The notes under the pieces are model-generated. The model did not search any database. It was not told the DNA's origin and saw only the letters and a program-made list of their open reading frames with translations. DNA of 64,000 bases, from NCBI GenBank assembly GCA_028534125.1, contig CM052817.1, positions 33,172,001 to 33,236,000 of the forward strand, in the 5' to 3' direction. Shown one piece after another: positions 26,111-38,108 of the stretch. This DNA is from Lama glama. Taxonomy: Eukaryota. The position numbers were made by a program, and so were the translations under genes. Each line of letters begins with the position of its first letter. Position 1 is the stretch's first letter.

Positions 26111-29100
26111 ATTAAAGTCTTTAGTTTTCTCAATTTCTTGGAAGGATACCAGAAGGGCTTTGCTAAGACTTACCAAAAGACGACCGATTACGCTTAATAC
26201 TCTTTTAGAGTTACCCTGTTCAACTTAATATGCTCAGAAAGGATTAGGGAAATTGAAATATTGTTAATTTTAATACATATTTGCCAAAATGTCTTTAAAA
26301 AATGAAACACCTTTATTTGTGTTTGGTATTTATTTTCATACAGCCTTGGAGCTGCAGTTTTCCCCAATTCCATTTATGGAAAATAACTACCAAAAAACTT
26401 AAATTAGTAAAAGATAGCTTATATTGTCAAGCCAGCCGGCCACATCACACCCAGTTTCTATGGGGAAAAAGTCTGACTTCATTTTTCAGTTCAGTTAGTG
26501 AGTTAATCCATATTCCCTGTCTAAGATAAACAAAATAGTCACCGAGCTCGAATAACATGCTGCCTCCTAAATACTCTGTTTTGCTTTTCTTCAGAAGGAG
26601 TTTTTGTTTTTGTTTTTGTTTTTAACTAGTTCAGGAAAAATTACGACTCCCACCACACTATAGTATATCTGAAGTTAGAACACCCCAGAACACAACCCAA
26701 AATATTCCATTTCTTACTTCATATTTTGTCTCTTACAGAAAGATGTGTAAGAAAGACCTAAAGCCCTATAGATGCTTTCTGGTTCCTTGAATAAAATAGG
26801 TCTTATTGACACTGATATTTTAAATTGGATCTTTTTGATGCTATGGTGGTTTTTACAGCCTGAGCTAATAATATACTATAGTAACATTGATGAAAAGAAT
26901 GCCTTTTTTTGTAAAAGGGCAGGAACATGGTGGAGAAGAGGTTCGCTGGAAAAGTGGCATGATGTTTTACCTGTGTATCATTAGGCAGTTTAGATTTAGG
27001 AAAGAATAAATATGGAAGCTGAGGATCTGGAAATTGATTCCCTAGAACTTTCTGTACCATTGGAAAGAATTTATGTACTGTTGGCCTAAAGAATAAATTC
27101 AAAATTCTTTTATGATTGACAGGTCCAGTGCACCTTCCTATATTTTAACCCCAGTTCTCACCCAAGCCACTATACTGCATGTTATAGCTTCACTGAACTA
27201 GTTGCTCTTCTGAAAATCCCTCATAGTTTAACGTTTCCTTTCTTCATGTTACTCCTCTCCTCTCTGTCTCACGAACTTTTATTCATTCTTCAGGGTCCAG
27301 CTCACGTTTGTCTTCTGTGAGATTCTTTAAAGCATGTCTTTCTTAGTAAGCCTGTTTCGTTGACTACCGTTTCTCATTTCTGTATCCTCAGTACTTTGTA
27401 TAGTAATGCCTGGCACATAACGAATGTGTCAATGAATAAAATGACTTACACATATCAGGGGAGGAGGACGAATACAACAGAGAAGAAACAGTCTTGAAAA
27501 CTGTTGGTGAAACTGTGTTAGCTAGTTTGAAAGGGATAAAAATCAACTTTTATTACTATCAAAGCATTAATTTCGGTCTCTTTCTAATTAACATATTAGT
27601 CTAGGTACCCTCACAATGTAGAATGAAATAAGTTAACTTCCTTTTGATACCAGCTATTTTTATGGTTGAGGTAAATATAAGGTATACAGACAGTTTTTTG
27701 ATTTGCTGGATGAGATGAAGCAATGTATCAGTTCAGGATATGAGTATATGCTTGATTCAGAAGCATTTGTTTTGTTAGATGTGATCATATAATTGTATAC
27801 TTCCTAATCCAAAAGGCCCTTAGGGATTATCCAGTCTAAATTTTGACTTGTCATGTGAGGGAGTGAAAGCATAGAGAAATCAAGACAGCGGCACAGCAAC
27901 ACTGTCTACTAGAGACACGGTTGAGGTGCTACTTGAAGTCCTTTCTTGTCCTGAAATTAGGTAGTTGAAACGTTCTGTTACTTTTCATTTTCCCTATTAC
28001 TCTCTCTGCACTTGATTTCTTTTTCTGTTTTTTTCTTCTTTTGGGGGTGGTGCGGAATCAAATTCACATAATTGTCCTTTTTTGAGTCCCTGTTATGTAC
28101 TAGGCACAGAGCTGTGTGGTGAGGATACAGGATTATTCATACACTGTCCTTATAGATTTAACTGTATAATATTATCAAGGTAATTAGAACTGGTTAGAAG
28201 TTTAAAACTTTACCTAAAAAAATTGCAAGAAGAAACTCAACAGGATTTATTAATCTCTTTCCTGCCTATAGCTCCTAATAATATGACCTATACATTGTAG
28301 GCAGCTGGTAAAAGTTTTTTTGACTAAATAAGTAAAGGTATGATACATACACGTTTCTGTGTGTATGTTTTGTGTTTGTATGGTGGGACAGGTGCTGCTA
28401 ACTTTAGTCACATAAGTGCATGAATTCTGCCAAGTTCAAGGGTATTACTTTCCAGAAAGTTGAATTGCTTCTAATACAGTTAAAATGAATATATGTAAAT
28501 AGTACTGCTATCTTAGAATGTACATGTTCACAAAGTAAGGAGCTAAATGCAAAACTTGGTAGGAAAAACTAAGATGGACTGCTTTGCTAGATAGAGCTTG
28601 TAACGTTTTTGCATAAATAATACAGCATTTGTAAAATTCTTTGAGTTCTTTGATTTCAAACACACACGTACAAATGCTGTTTAATTTTTATTGAAGCTAA
28701 AAGTGTTAATGGCTAAGCCACATTTGATTTTCAGGTTGCTAGCTGTAGGGCATCAGGAGTAATGCTCACCTACATCTCACTGAAAGTTCAAGGCCAGAGA
28801 GGACAGGAAAGGTAGAAGAAATTTGTATTGTTCTGAATTATCCCAGAAATAAAGCGTTCTCTGGAAAATCCAAATGAAGTATAAGTAAAGGCCATTTTTT
28901 CCCATAAGACTTATATTTTAGCAGTATGGCATGTAGTCTATGTTGTGTTACAAATTATAGGGTCATTGTTTTGAAAATTACAGACCAGTCTCAACATCTG
29001 TTTTTCAGGCCACTTAATTGTGGGCCAGAAAGAAGGCTGGTCATTCTAGGGTGTTTGAAATGAGCTCTAATGATTTCCAGGCCCAGAGGAACCTTTGTGC

Positions 29101-30713
29101 TGCAGCTGCTTATCAGAGAAGCGTGACACCAAATCTTCCACCATCGTGGAGTAAAGGGTCCCATCAGATGGCTGCTTTCCGACTCTCAAAGGCCTCAAAG
29201 CTAGCAGGGATTGGTGTTAGTTAGGGTGAGAGGGAAGAGAGAGGGTTACAGATGACAGATTATGACATAATTGACCTTAATTATTTTTATGTAAAGCCAG
29301 TTGGAATCATTACAAAGACAACCTCATTTTTAAATAGGCTAATGTTAGTGCTAATGTTTGTCATGGTAGGTGCTAGTGTATTCTGCTCTGGAAACATTGT
29401 CAGTCAGTCACCTTCACAAAAAGGGTTCTGCTTATGAAAAATTAAGCATTAATGAAAATGGCAAGCATGTATATTAGCGACCATTTATTGAGGTCTGCTC
29501 TTACTTCAAACACTTTATAAGTGTTCTTGCCACTTATCCAGCAACCCTGAAGAAGATTGTCAGTTTTACAGGTGAGAAAACTGAGTGTTTAGGGAAGGTA
29601 AGTAAATTACCCTGGGTCACACACTTAGTAGCAGAATCAGGACGTGCTCCTGGCCTGCCCTGCCCTTACTCTTCCCGCCTGTACCACACTGCCTGTCACA
29701 CGCACCGCCTTTGAGGTGACATGCTTCCCCCTTCCAGACACCAAGGACATATGTGTGATTAGCAAAACATTGTGGTTGTGTACATATACAAGTGTTTATA
29801 TATGTATATGTAGCATATACATACAGGAATACATTTTTTAATAACACATTTTAAAAATGTGTCACGGGCAATAATAAGTTGGTCAGCAATATGACATGGC
29901 ATCAGGTGTAGCACTAGTGAGTCATTACTCTTGCTGAGAAACCAAACTTAGCCTGATTTGTTTTTATATAGCTTATACTTTCACCTGATTCTGTCTCCTG
30001 TTAACTCAGATTCCATAACATCTCGGGGCTTCATCTAAATTACTAATTTAATCATTTGTATTAAACATACATTTCTAGAAACCAAAGCTTTTTAGCACAC
30101 AGTGCTCTAAAAGATATTTTTATTCATTCTAAGAGAGTTCACTGACATTAGGATGTAGAAAGTGTTGACTTCTATGCTGAACAAAAAAGAGACAGTTGAA
30201 GGATTAAGAGAAAAATGGAGAGAAGAATATCTGTTCATTTTCATGAAAGGACAATGGAGAGAGACAGGTCGTGGGAGGTAAAGATGCCTACCTTCTAACT
30301 CTAGCCATCAGTCCCAGTTTCTCCAGCCCATTCCCCCCAAAAATCAGAAAATGGAGGTGCAGCTTAATACGCATTTGAAGTTGTTCCCCACCAGCCACAC
30401 ATACATAGCCTTAAGTTACTGGGATGTCAAAATTCAAGTGTATCCACAAGCAGTTTTCTCCCTGCATTTTGTGTGGATATTGTGGAAGTTGCTTTGATGT
30501 CCCTTGTTCTTAATGTTTATACCTCTTCATTAGATGAATTACTATTTAATATGATTGAAGCATTTAAGAATCCTTTATCTACTTTCCATTTTGTAGCCAT
30601 TGTGAGCCATATATTTTTAATGTATTTTTAGAATCTTAACCGTGTACCTAAGATTTTACAAATGTAAGAATTTTGGTTGGAAATCTGACATAAAAAAAGT
30701 ACATTTTGACTGG

Positions 30714-30778
30714 GACATTGTGCTGTACACCAGAAATTGACACATTATAACTGAGTGTACAATAAAAGAATAATAAAC
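30714..30778 (+). mobile_element. Very short L1 3'-terminal fragment
   Basis: attgtgctgtacaccagaaattgacaca also occurs at about 40011-40038, followed by an A-rich tail. Confidence 0.7.
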
Positions 30779-31158
30779 ATGCTTTTAATTCTAAGAAGGA
30801 AAAGAAAATGAAGCTGTTGATTAAAATTTAAATGAGTTACAGCTCCCAGTATTTGAAGGAAACAGCATTGTTACATTAAATTTCTGCCCTATACCAACTG
30901 TGAAAGCACAGAACAAACTTGGTCCTTTGACAGTTAAATTATTATATATTTTGTATTCTTGTATTAGATCTAGTCCTAATTTGGGAACAGCATTGTTTTC
31001 CTCTCATTTCAGCAGATACTTACTTTGCACCTATCCTGTATAAAATGCTAACATTGGGGCTTCTTTTTTGGACTTGGATCTCTCATCTTTTATGGTTTAA
31101 AAACATTCAGAATCAACAGTCCAGTTGTCAAGAAAAGTTGTTTCTGTTCGGCTTTCAG

Positions 31159-31296
31159 TGATGAAGAACGATACCGATACAGGGAGTACGCCGAAAGAGG
31201 CTATGAGCGCCACCGAGCAAGCCGGGAGAAAGAAGAACGACACAGGGAGAGACGGCACAGAGAGAAGGAGGAGACCAGACACAAGTCCTCTCGAAG
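31159..31296 (+). CDS. FIP1L1: FIP1L1 penultimate exon ([45 protein letters not shown])
   Basis: ctttcag acceptor, AAG|gtttgc donor; 138 nt; phase 2-2. Confidence 0.95.
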
Positions 31297-31759
31297 GTTT
31301 GCTCTTTAATAAAATAGTGAATTACTTTGAAGCCAAGAGATAAACTGATTTGACCTTGGGAAGAAAAAAAACATTTCCAAATAACCACTAGAACGTATGT
31401 GTTACCAATTGGAAGATTAAGAATAATCTGTTGAAATAGTTGGTTCTTTAGAATTTTCAACAAAGATTTTGAAATCTAACAAGACTATGTTTAATACCCA
31501 GAAGCCAAAATTAGAGAATGAAAAATATGAGACTTAGACTTACTGCATGATCTTGTTGGGAAAGGGAGTTTGTCATATGAGTAAGTTTTTACAGTAAATA
31601 TCATTAAACAAAGCAATGTTCAACTTAAGGAAAATTCAGGGCATTGTAGTCTCAAAAATTAAATTATAATGCCTATTGTTTGCCTAAAATCAACTCTAGA
31701 AAGTATTTCCTGTTCTGATTTGTAGTTAGTCTTTTAGGATAAATTACCTGGGCCTAGCG

Positions 31760-31805
31760 GCCCTCTCGGTGCAGTGGGCAGCACGTCAGCCTCGTGATCT
31801 AAAGG
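31760..31805 (+). pseudogene. 5' fragment of a tRNA-Met(CAT)-like sequence, 3'-truncated retrocopy
   Basis: GCCCTCTCGGTGCAGTGGGCAGCACGTCAGCCTCGTGATCTAAAGG matches about 38/46 to a recalled elongator tRNA-Met 5' part; no T-arm or 3' acceptor strand. Confidence 0.7.
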
Positions 31806-32038
31806 GTATGGGCCTTGGGGTCCTAGGAAGTATCTGTGGAGGTGAGCCGAAAACTCAAATATCGGCATAGAAGTCACATTAAAAATGATTATTCCCTAAA
31901 ATGTGAGAAAAAGAAGAATGTTACTAGATTATTTAAAAACCAGTGTTAAACTGAGGATTTACCTAAAGTGGGTTGATACCTGTCACTACTTACATTCTTT
32001 GTAAAAATGTTTAAGTACATATTTTCTTTTTTCTTTAG

Positions 32039-32186
32039 TAATAGTAGACGTCGCCATGAAAGTGAAGAAGGAGACAGTCATAGGAGGCACAAGCACAAAA
32101 AATCTAAAAGAAGCAAAGAAGGAAAAGAAGCTGGCAGCGAGCCTGCCCCCGAGCAGGAGAGCACCGAGGCTGCCCCTGCGGAATAG
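32039..32186 (+). CDS. FIP1L1: FIP1L1 last coding exon ([48 protein letters not shown])
   Basis: polypyrimidine tract plus tag acceptor; TAG stop at 32184-32186; matches recalled C-terminus. Confidence 0.95.
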
Positions 32187-32319
32187 GCGTGCTCGTGTCT
32201 TGTGTACAGCAGTGCCGGAAGTAGATACTCTAGATCTTGTTATTTTTCTGAATAATGTTGAAGAAATTTGCCTTTAATCTTGTTCTGTTAGTATGAAAAG
32301 TTCACTTTTTTTCTTCCAA

Positions 32320-32386
32320 AATAAAAGAGCAAATTTTTCATGTTAACTTAAAAAAAAACTTTGTCTTGTAATATTTAAAAAATAAA
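32320..32386 (+). terminator. Candidate proximal FIP1L1 poly(A) signals
   Basis: AATAAA at 32320-32325 and 32381-32386; further AATAAA at 32974, 32980 and 33441. Confidence 0.6.
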
Positions 32387-33200
32387 AAGACAGTAATGAC
32401 TTTATATCCAAGAAAGTAATGTGAATGAGTCACTCAGCAGGGAATTTCAAAGAGCTACGTTTAGCTATGTACATACACAGTATCTGATTAAGGTCAAGGT
32501 TCCACTGCCTTGGCCAGTTTTGAGTTAATCACATACCAATTTCTTAAGAGGTTGCACTGCAGAATGCATCCAAAGGCACCTCTGAGTCTTGAGATTAAAA
32601 CTAGTCTTATCACTGCTGTGGCACTGTTACTTAGCATATTAGAGAACTCACATAACAGTTTTTGTAACTTTTTGATAGCAGGTTTTTCAGTGTTCTAAAT
32701 TTGGGTTCATGGTAAAACTAAATGGGGGGAACTTTTCTATCCAAAGTAATAAAATGTAGTGGCATTTGGGTGGCCTCTGGAATAACTTGCCCTAAGTGTA
32801 GTTTCTGTCAGGCACGTGGACAGATACTCGTCACTGTGACACAAATCAGAATTGCCTCAAGGCCATATCATGTGAGCCAAGGTCAAGCTGGTTTGGCCTT
32901 TCTTGATGCTTTTTCCAAGGCTCATTGGTTGAGCAGCACATGGAGTTTTTATACAGTTACTAGCTATATTGTGAATAAAAATAAATGACAGCTGTAGATT
33001 AGTCATTTCCTATTAAATCTAAGAAGATGCAAGTTTATAATTCTGTGAGCATTTTTAGGGGTGACCCTTAGGAGGTATTTGCCAGTGATGGTAACAACAT
33101 GGTTTTAAAAGAATGTATTACTAGGAACTTTTAAATAGTCATAAAAGAAATGAACTTAGTATCATGTACTAGAAGACACCTATATAAGTTTTGAAAAATA

Positions 33201-33206
33201 TTTATT
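33201..33206 (-). terminator. Candidate LNX1 poly(A) signal
   Basis: tttatt on + (AATAAA on -), about 430 nt downstream of the LNX1 stop. Confidence 0.55.
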
Positions 33207-33635
33207 TCTCATTTGATGAAAGGAACATTTTTCAACAATGCACTTTCAAAGTCCTCTGTCTGTAAATTGTTTTTAAAATGCCCATAATGTACCTTTGCAG
33301 ACCTCAGCATATACCAAATTTTTAAGTGTATGATTTGAATTCATTGGTGGCAAACAGACCATTTCAGCTATTTAAGAGCTTTTTATGACTAGAAATATAT
33401 AAACTTAAAGTTGTAGAGTAATGAAAAATTCTCTACACTGAATAAAAACTATTAGTAATGTTTATGTTTTGAGAATTATATTTTGTGAGGTGTGGCTTTC
33501 ATTCGATTATACTCTTCCTGACATTAACATTTACATTTTTACAGTGTAGCCTTCAAATACAAAAATTGACAAGATAAATGTTGTTTCAACTTAGCTTATT
33601 TGTGATTTCCTTTTTCCTATGACCCATCACTGAGT

Positions 33636-33771
33636 CTATAAAAAAGTGCCAGGCCAAGAAACAATAGTGAGAGTAATTTTTCCTTTAAGTTCTTTCAGCA
33701 TCCTTGCCAAGCAAGCATGTATCATTCCTGATGTACTTCTACCATTGACAGCAAGAAGAATATCACCACAT
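33636..33771 (-). CDS. LNX1: LNX1 last coding exon ([44 protein letters not shown]), end of PDZ4
   Basis: Minus strand tttttag acceptor, TAG stop at 33638-33636; characteristic SWPGTFL C-terminus. Confidence 0.95.
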
Positions 33772-34394
33772 CTAAAAATAAATAAATAAAACAAGGTATA
33801 TGATTAACATTTTGAGCCATAGCTGAAGTTAATGCATCTTTTTTTTGGTGGTCCTAGTTTTTGCTACATCAACTTTTATTAGTTGTAATTAAGGTTCTCC
33901 TCACCCCCCTCACTTGAATTCTTCAAATTCTATCTATTCAGCCTGTTTTAGAAAGAATACTGAAAGTATAGGAAGTTGCTGTATGGGACAAGAGTAACTC
34001 ATCATTTTGGATTTCTCAGAAATTGAATGCTACTTAAGTGTTTAATTTCTTGCCAATAAAAAAGGTATGATAAACAAATGCCTTATTTCAAGTGGGTTCA
34101 AGCTTTTGCACGTATGCAACACAATCTGTACGTGGTGAAGTATTTAGGGGTGACATGTTAACGTGTTCAATGTACATTCAAGCAATTCTGCAATATGTAT
34201 AAATATCAATATATATTTAGAGAGAAAGAGAAAGCAAAAGTGGTAAGCTATTTACCATTAGTGACTCTAGATAAAGAAAATCTGGGGATTATGCTTTTTC
34301 AACTTTTCTGGAGGTTTGAACATTTCTAAATTAAAAATCGGCAGAAAAAAAGTCTTTGAATATCAGTTTTTCATTAAGTAGTCATTATTATTAC

Positions 34395-34553
34395 CTAATT
34401 CTTCCATCATTGTATGCTGGTGTTCCTTCAACAATGGATTTGATAAAAAAAGGTTTGTTCCCACTGTATTCTTCGTAACCTCCTACAATGCAGAAGCCCA
34501 GACTTCCAGCTGTGTTTCTTCGCAATACAACATCTTTACAGTTACACAGGTAC
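34395..34553 (-). CDS. LNX1: LNX1 penultimate exon ([53 protein letters not shown]), PDZ4
   Basis: tttcag acceptor, TAG|gtaata donor; 159 nt; SLGF PDZ motif. Confidence 0.95.
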
Positions 34554-35144
34554 CTGAAACAGGATGTAATCAGTGTAAATGCACAGTAAAATTGAACTCC
34601 TTGTAATTATTGTGATTCATCTCCCATTTCCTTTGTTGGCTTTTTTTTAGGCTTAATAGCACTGCATGGATCTTACTCAAAACTGTCACAGCCCAGTAAC
34701 CTTTGTGCTGTTAGTTGGCTTTTTCTAATTGAACTGTTTTCCACAGCTAAACACCCTTTAAAACAATGATACCATCTATTAGGTTCTGCTTATATGTCTA
34801 CTGAGAAATAATCGTATTTTTGGCTTAAAGATGATTTAATGCCTTAATTTATATTGAAAAGTTGGATATGCCTAAATCCTTACTCATGAACCAAATTCAA
34901 GCATACTTACGGATGTCATATTTTTATTTACTTAATGGATGTAAATTTTTAATGAAGGCAAAAATTCTTTGAATCTCAGTGAAAAAAAATTTAAACCCTA
35001 ATTAACAGACTGACTGAAGTTTTGACTTTTGAAAAATACCAGTTTATATGTAGTTCTACATGTTTGATAGGCTATAGAGAAGCATGCAGGCATAATTATA
35101 GTGAATGGAGATAGAGGTGCATTTAAAGATAAGAACAATTCATA

Positions 35145-35644
35145 NNNNNNNNNNNNNNNNNNNNNNNNNNNNNNNNNNNNNNNNNNNNNNNNNNNNNNNN
35201 NNNNNNNNNNNNNNNNNNNNNNNNNNNNNNNNNNNNNNNNNNNNNNNNNNNNNNNNNNNNNNNNNNNNNNNNNNNNNNNNNNNNNNNNNNNNNNNNNNNN
35301 NNNNNNNNNNNNNNNNNNNNNNNNNNNNNNNNNNNNNNNNNNNNNNNNNNNNNNNNNNNNNNNNNNNNNNNNNNNNNNNNNNNNNNNNNNNNNNNNNNNN
35401 NNNNNNNNNNNNNNNNNNNNNNNNNNNNNNNNNNNNNNNNNNNNNNNNNNNNNNNNNNNNNNNNNNNNNNNNNNNNNNNNNNNNNNNNNNNNNNNNNNNN
35501 NNNNNNNNNNNNNNNNNNNNNNNNNNNNNNNNNNNNNNNNNNNNNNNNNNNNNNNNNNNNNNNNNNNNNNNNNNNNNNNNNNNNNNNNNNNNNNNNNNNN
35601 NNNNNNNNNNNNNNNNNNNNNNNNNNNNNNNNNNNNNNNNNNNN
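35145..35644. other. Assembly gap (500 N)
   Basis: N run. Confidence 0.99.
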
Positions 35645-36395
35645 GGCTCAACACGAACAACTGGACTAACGCAAGTAAGAAGTGGTCCATGTGCCCTGTG
35701 TCTCCGACAGCCATTGCCTTCCCCACCGGGGAGAGACCCACGCTAGGAACGCAAAAACCCAAGTTCCCCTGTGAACCCCTCACACCCAGAGTTGCCTCAC
35801 TTTGGTTGCAGAGAGCACTTACGTATGACAGAGATCTTTTCCATCTGTGTTTTCTCCCCACCCCCTTCCCTACTGTAGAGACCTCAGGACATTCCCTTAT
35901 GTTTAAAAGTGTAATTTTTTTATGACATAGTTCAAATTGATTAAAAAGTATCACCTGTGTACTCATCATTCAACTATTAAAAATACATAATGGAATATTT
36001 GCTTTGGATTTTTAAAACAAAACATTTCAGATATATAATAAAAGTATAAAGATGAACATAATGACCTACCTGTGTACCTTGCAACCTGCATCAGGAATAT
36101 ATGCTCTGCACACAGCTGAAGCCCTGCTGTGATTTCTCTCCGGCCACACCCCCTTTCCTCTCCCACAGGGGTGCCACACTCCTAAATTTGATGCCTAGCA
36201 TTCTTTAACTTTTCAACTGGCTAAAAACTTCTCTGTTTTGCAAATCTGGGTTTGCCTTCTTTGGTATTTCTTTGAATCATTTACGCTCCTACTTTCAAGA
36301 AGCGATGCTGTTCCCTAAATAAAACTATAGTAGGATCATAAAAAACTAAATCACCAAGTGTTTTGTATGTCTTAGTTTAATTTTAAATATGCCAC

Positions 36396-36418
36396 TGTGT
36401 GTGTGTGTGTGTGTGTGT
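36396..36418. repeat. (TG)n microsatellite
   Basis: About 11 TG units; other TG-rich tracts near 6657 and 50900-50960. Confidence 0.9.
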
Positions 36419-37973
36419 ATACATTTCAGAAGGCAGATAGAACTATAAATTAAAATGAAAATAATCACAAGTTCCCTCTAGGCCAGTTTGTTATGTATGT
36501 TTTCCAGGAATTGGACACACGACAGAAGTTTGCAACAAAAATGTGATCAGATCAGTCTGGCTATTTCCATGATTCATGATGGTTAGTGGAAGGGATTATG
36601 AAACCACAGTGCTGGTAGAAGCCTCATTCTTAGTGGTTCAATGAACTAGAAAAAAATATGGTCTAGTTCATTCAACTATAATTAGATTAAACCTTTAATT
36701 AAGCTAATAAACTAGTTTTCCATTAATAAATACCATTAGTTTAATTTAAACACCATTAATGGTATTTATTAGCAAGAAGACACCAAGGAGTCCTTTATTC
36801 ATACAAAGTTTTAGCAGGAGGTACTTGGTTTGTGTAGATTGCTTATTGTAAGTAAACCTGGAGTTTATGGATTTATGGGGCATGGCTGGCTGCCTGGCTG
36901 TTGAAAGGAGAGGCAATATAGCCTTATAGGCTGTGTAATTAACAGCTTATAAAACAGAGATATTCCAAAAGCAAAATTTTGAGTACTATTTTTGCATATG
37001 TTGCTCAAAAACTCAAACTCGTTGAGCTATTCCAAGCTGAAACAGAGCCTGATGTGGGATGCAGGCATTCTGTAGTCTCTGTTGCAAGACGGACGAACTA
37101 TCTATAAGATTTCAGTTGTAAGCGATTTAATGAAAGCAGATCCCAGGAGAAATGATGGCTAGAAACTCACTTCCATCATAACAGGATGCCAAGCCAAGGC
37201 TGTAGGACGCTGAATTTGAACTAGACAAGGTTTGTGTTGCTCAGATACCCATCCGTATGGAGAGGTTATGGCATTGCCTCTAATAAAAACCACAGAAGTG
37301 CAAATTGGGCTGAGTCACCACATTTAAAGGCAGGCTACAAATTACTGGCCTGAAGGAGGTATTCTGCCTAGAGATGCACTCAGCTTCATCCACGGTGTTT
37401 TTTGTTTTGTTTTGTTTTTTCCTGGAGTTTAATGCCGTAAAACAGGACGTGTGCTCTCTGGTCTGTCCCAACCCCCACCACTCCCTAATGTTACATGAAC
37501 ATCAAGTGTTTTTATGATCTTCCTGGGTCTTTCTTGAAAACACAAACATACTAAAAATAGCAGGGGAATCATCCCTTTAATTTTCAGGCAGACTGGGAAC
37601 TTCAAAAACCATAAACCAAGTAAACCTCTTGTTTCATCTGAAAGTGAATGGAAGCAGTCCTTAAACAAAATGACTGTTGGAAAAAAACATGACATCCATT
37701 TGGCTTCGACTAGAAATTAGGTCCCCGTATGAGGTCTGGTTTCAACATCAGGTTTCAAAACTCTCCTGCACCTTCCTCTCTCCTGCTTGGATGGGAGACA
37801 CCTGCTATCTCACTAGGTCTTGAAGATGGGATTTGGGGCTCTGAGTTTTACAAGACAAGTCAAACAGTGTTGACATGATGTAGTCCAGAGAGTACACTTA
37901 GAAACGTTCAAGTGTGCAGCCTTCCCACACAGCTCCCTGCTGGAGCCGTGGACATGCCCTGGCTGGGCCTCAC

Positions 37974-38108
37974 CTTGGGAGAGTTGCTTCTGTCCCCTGG
38001 CTCTGGGGACTGGCTGCCGTTGCTGTTCCAGCTGGCTTCGTGAAAGATGTCAGGACTCTGCTGCCGAACCTGGCGGGACACGATGAGGTGAACGCGCCTT
38101 TCACTGGC
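37974..38108 (-). CDS. LNX1: LNX1 exon ([45 protein letters not shown])
   Basis: cacgcag acceptor, AAG|gtgagg donor; 135 nt; phase 0-0. Confidence 0.93.

Noticed and set aside
31097..32277. ORF-track calls over the last FIP1L1 exons
   Set aside because: Wrong frame or strand; the true frame is fixed by splice phase
34998..35969. Long ORFs of 213-323 aa
   Set aside because: Artefacts of translating through 500 N; same for 55763-56833
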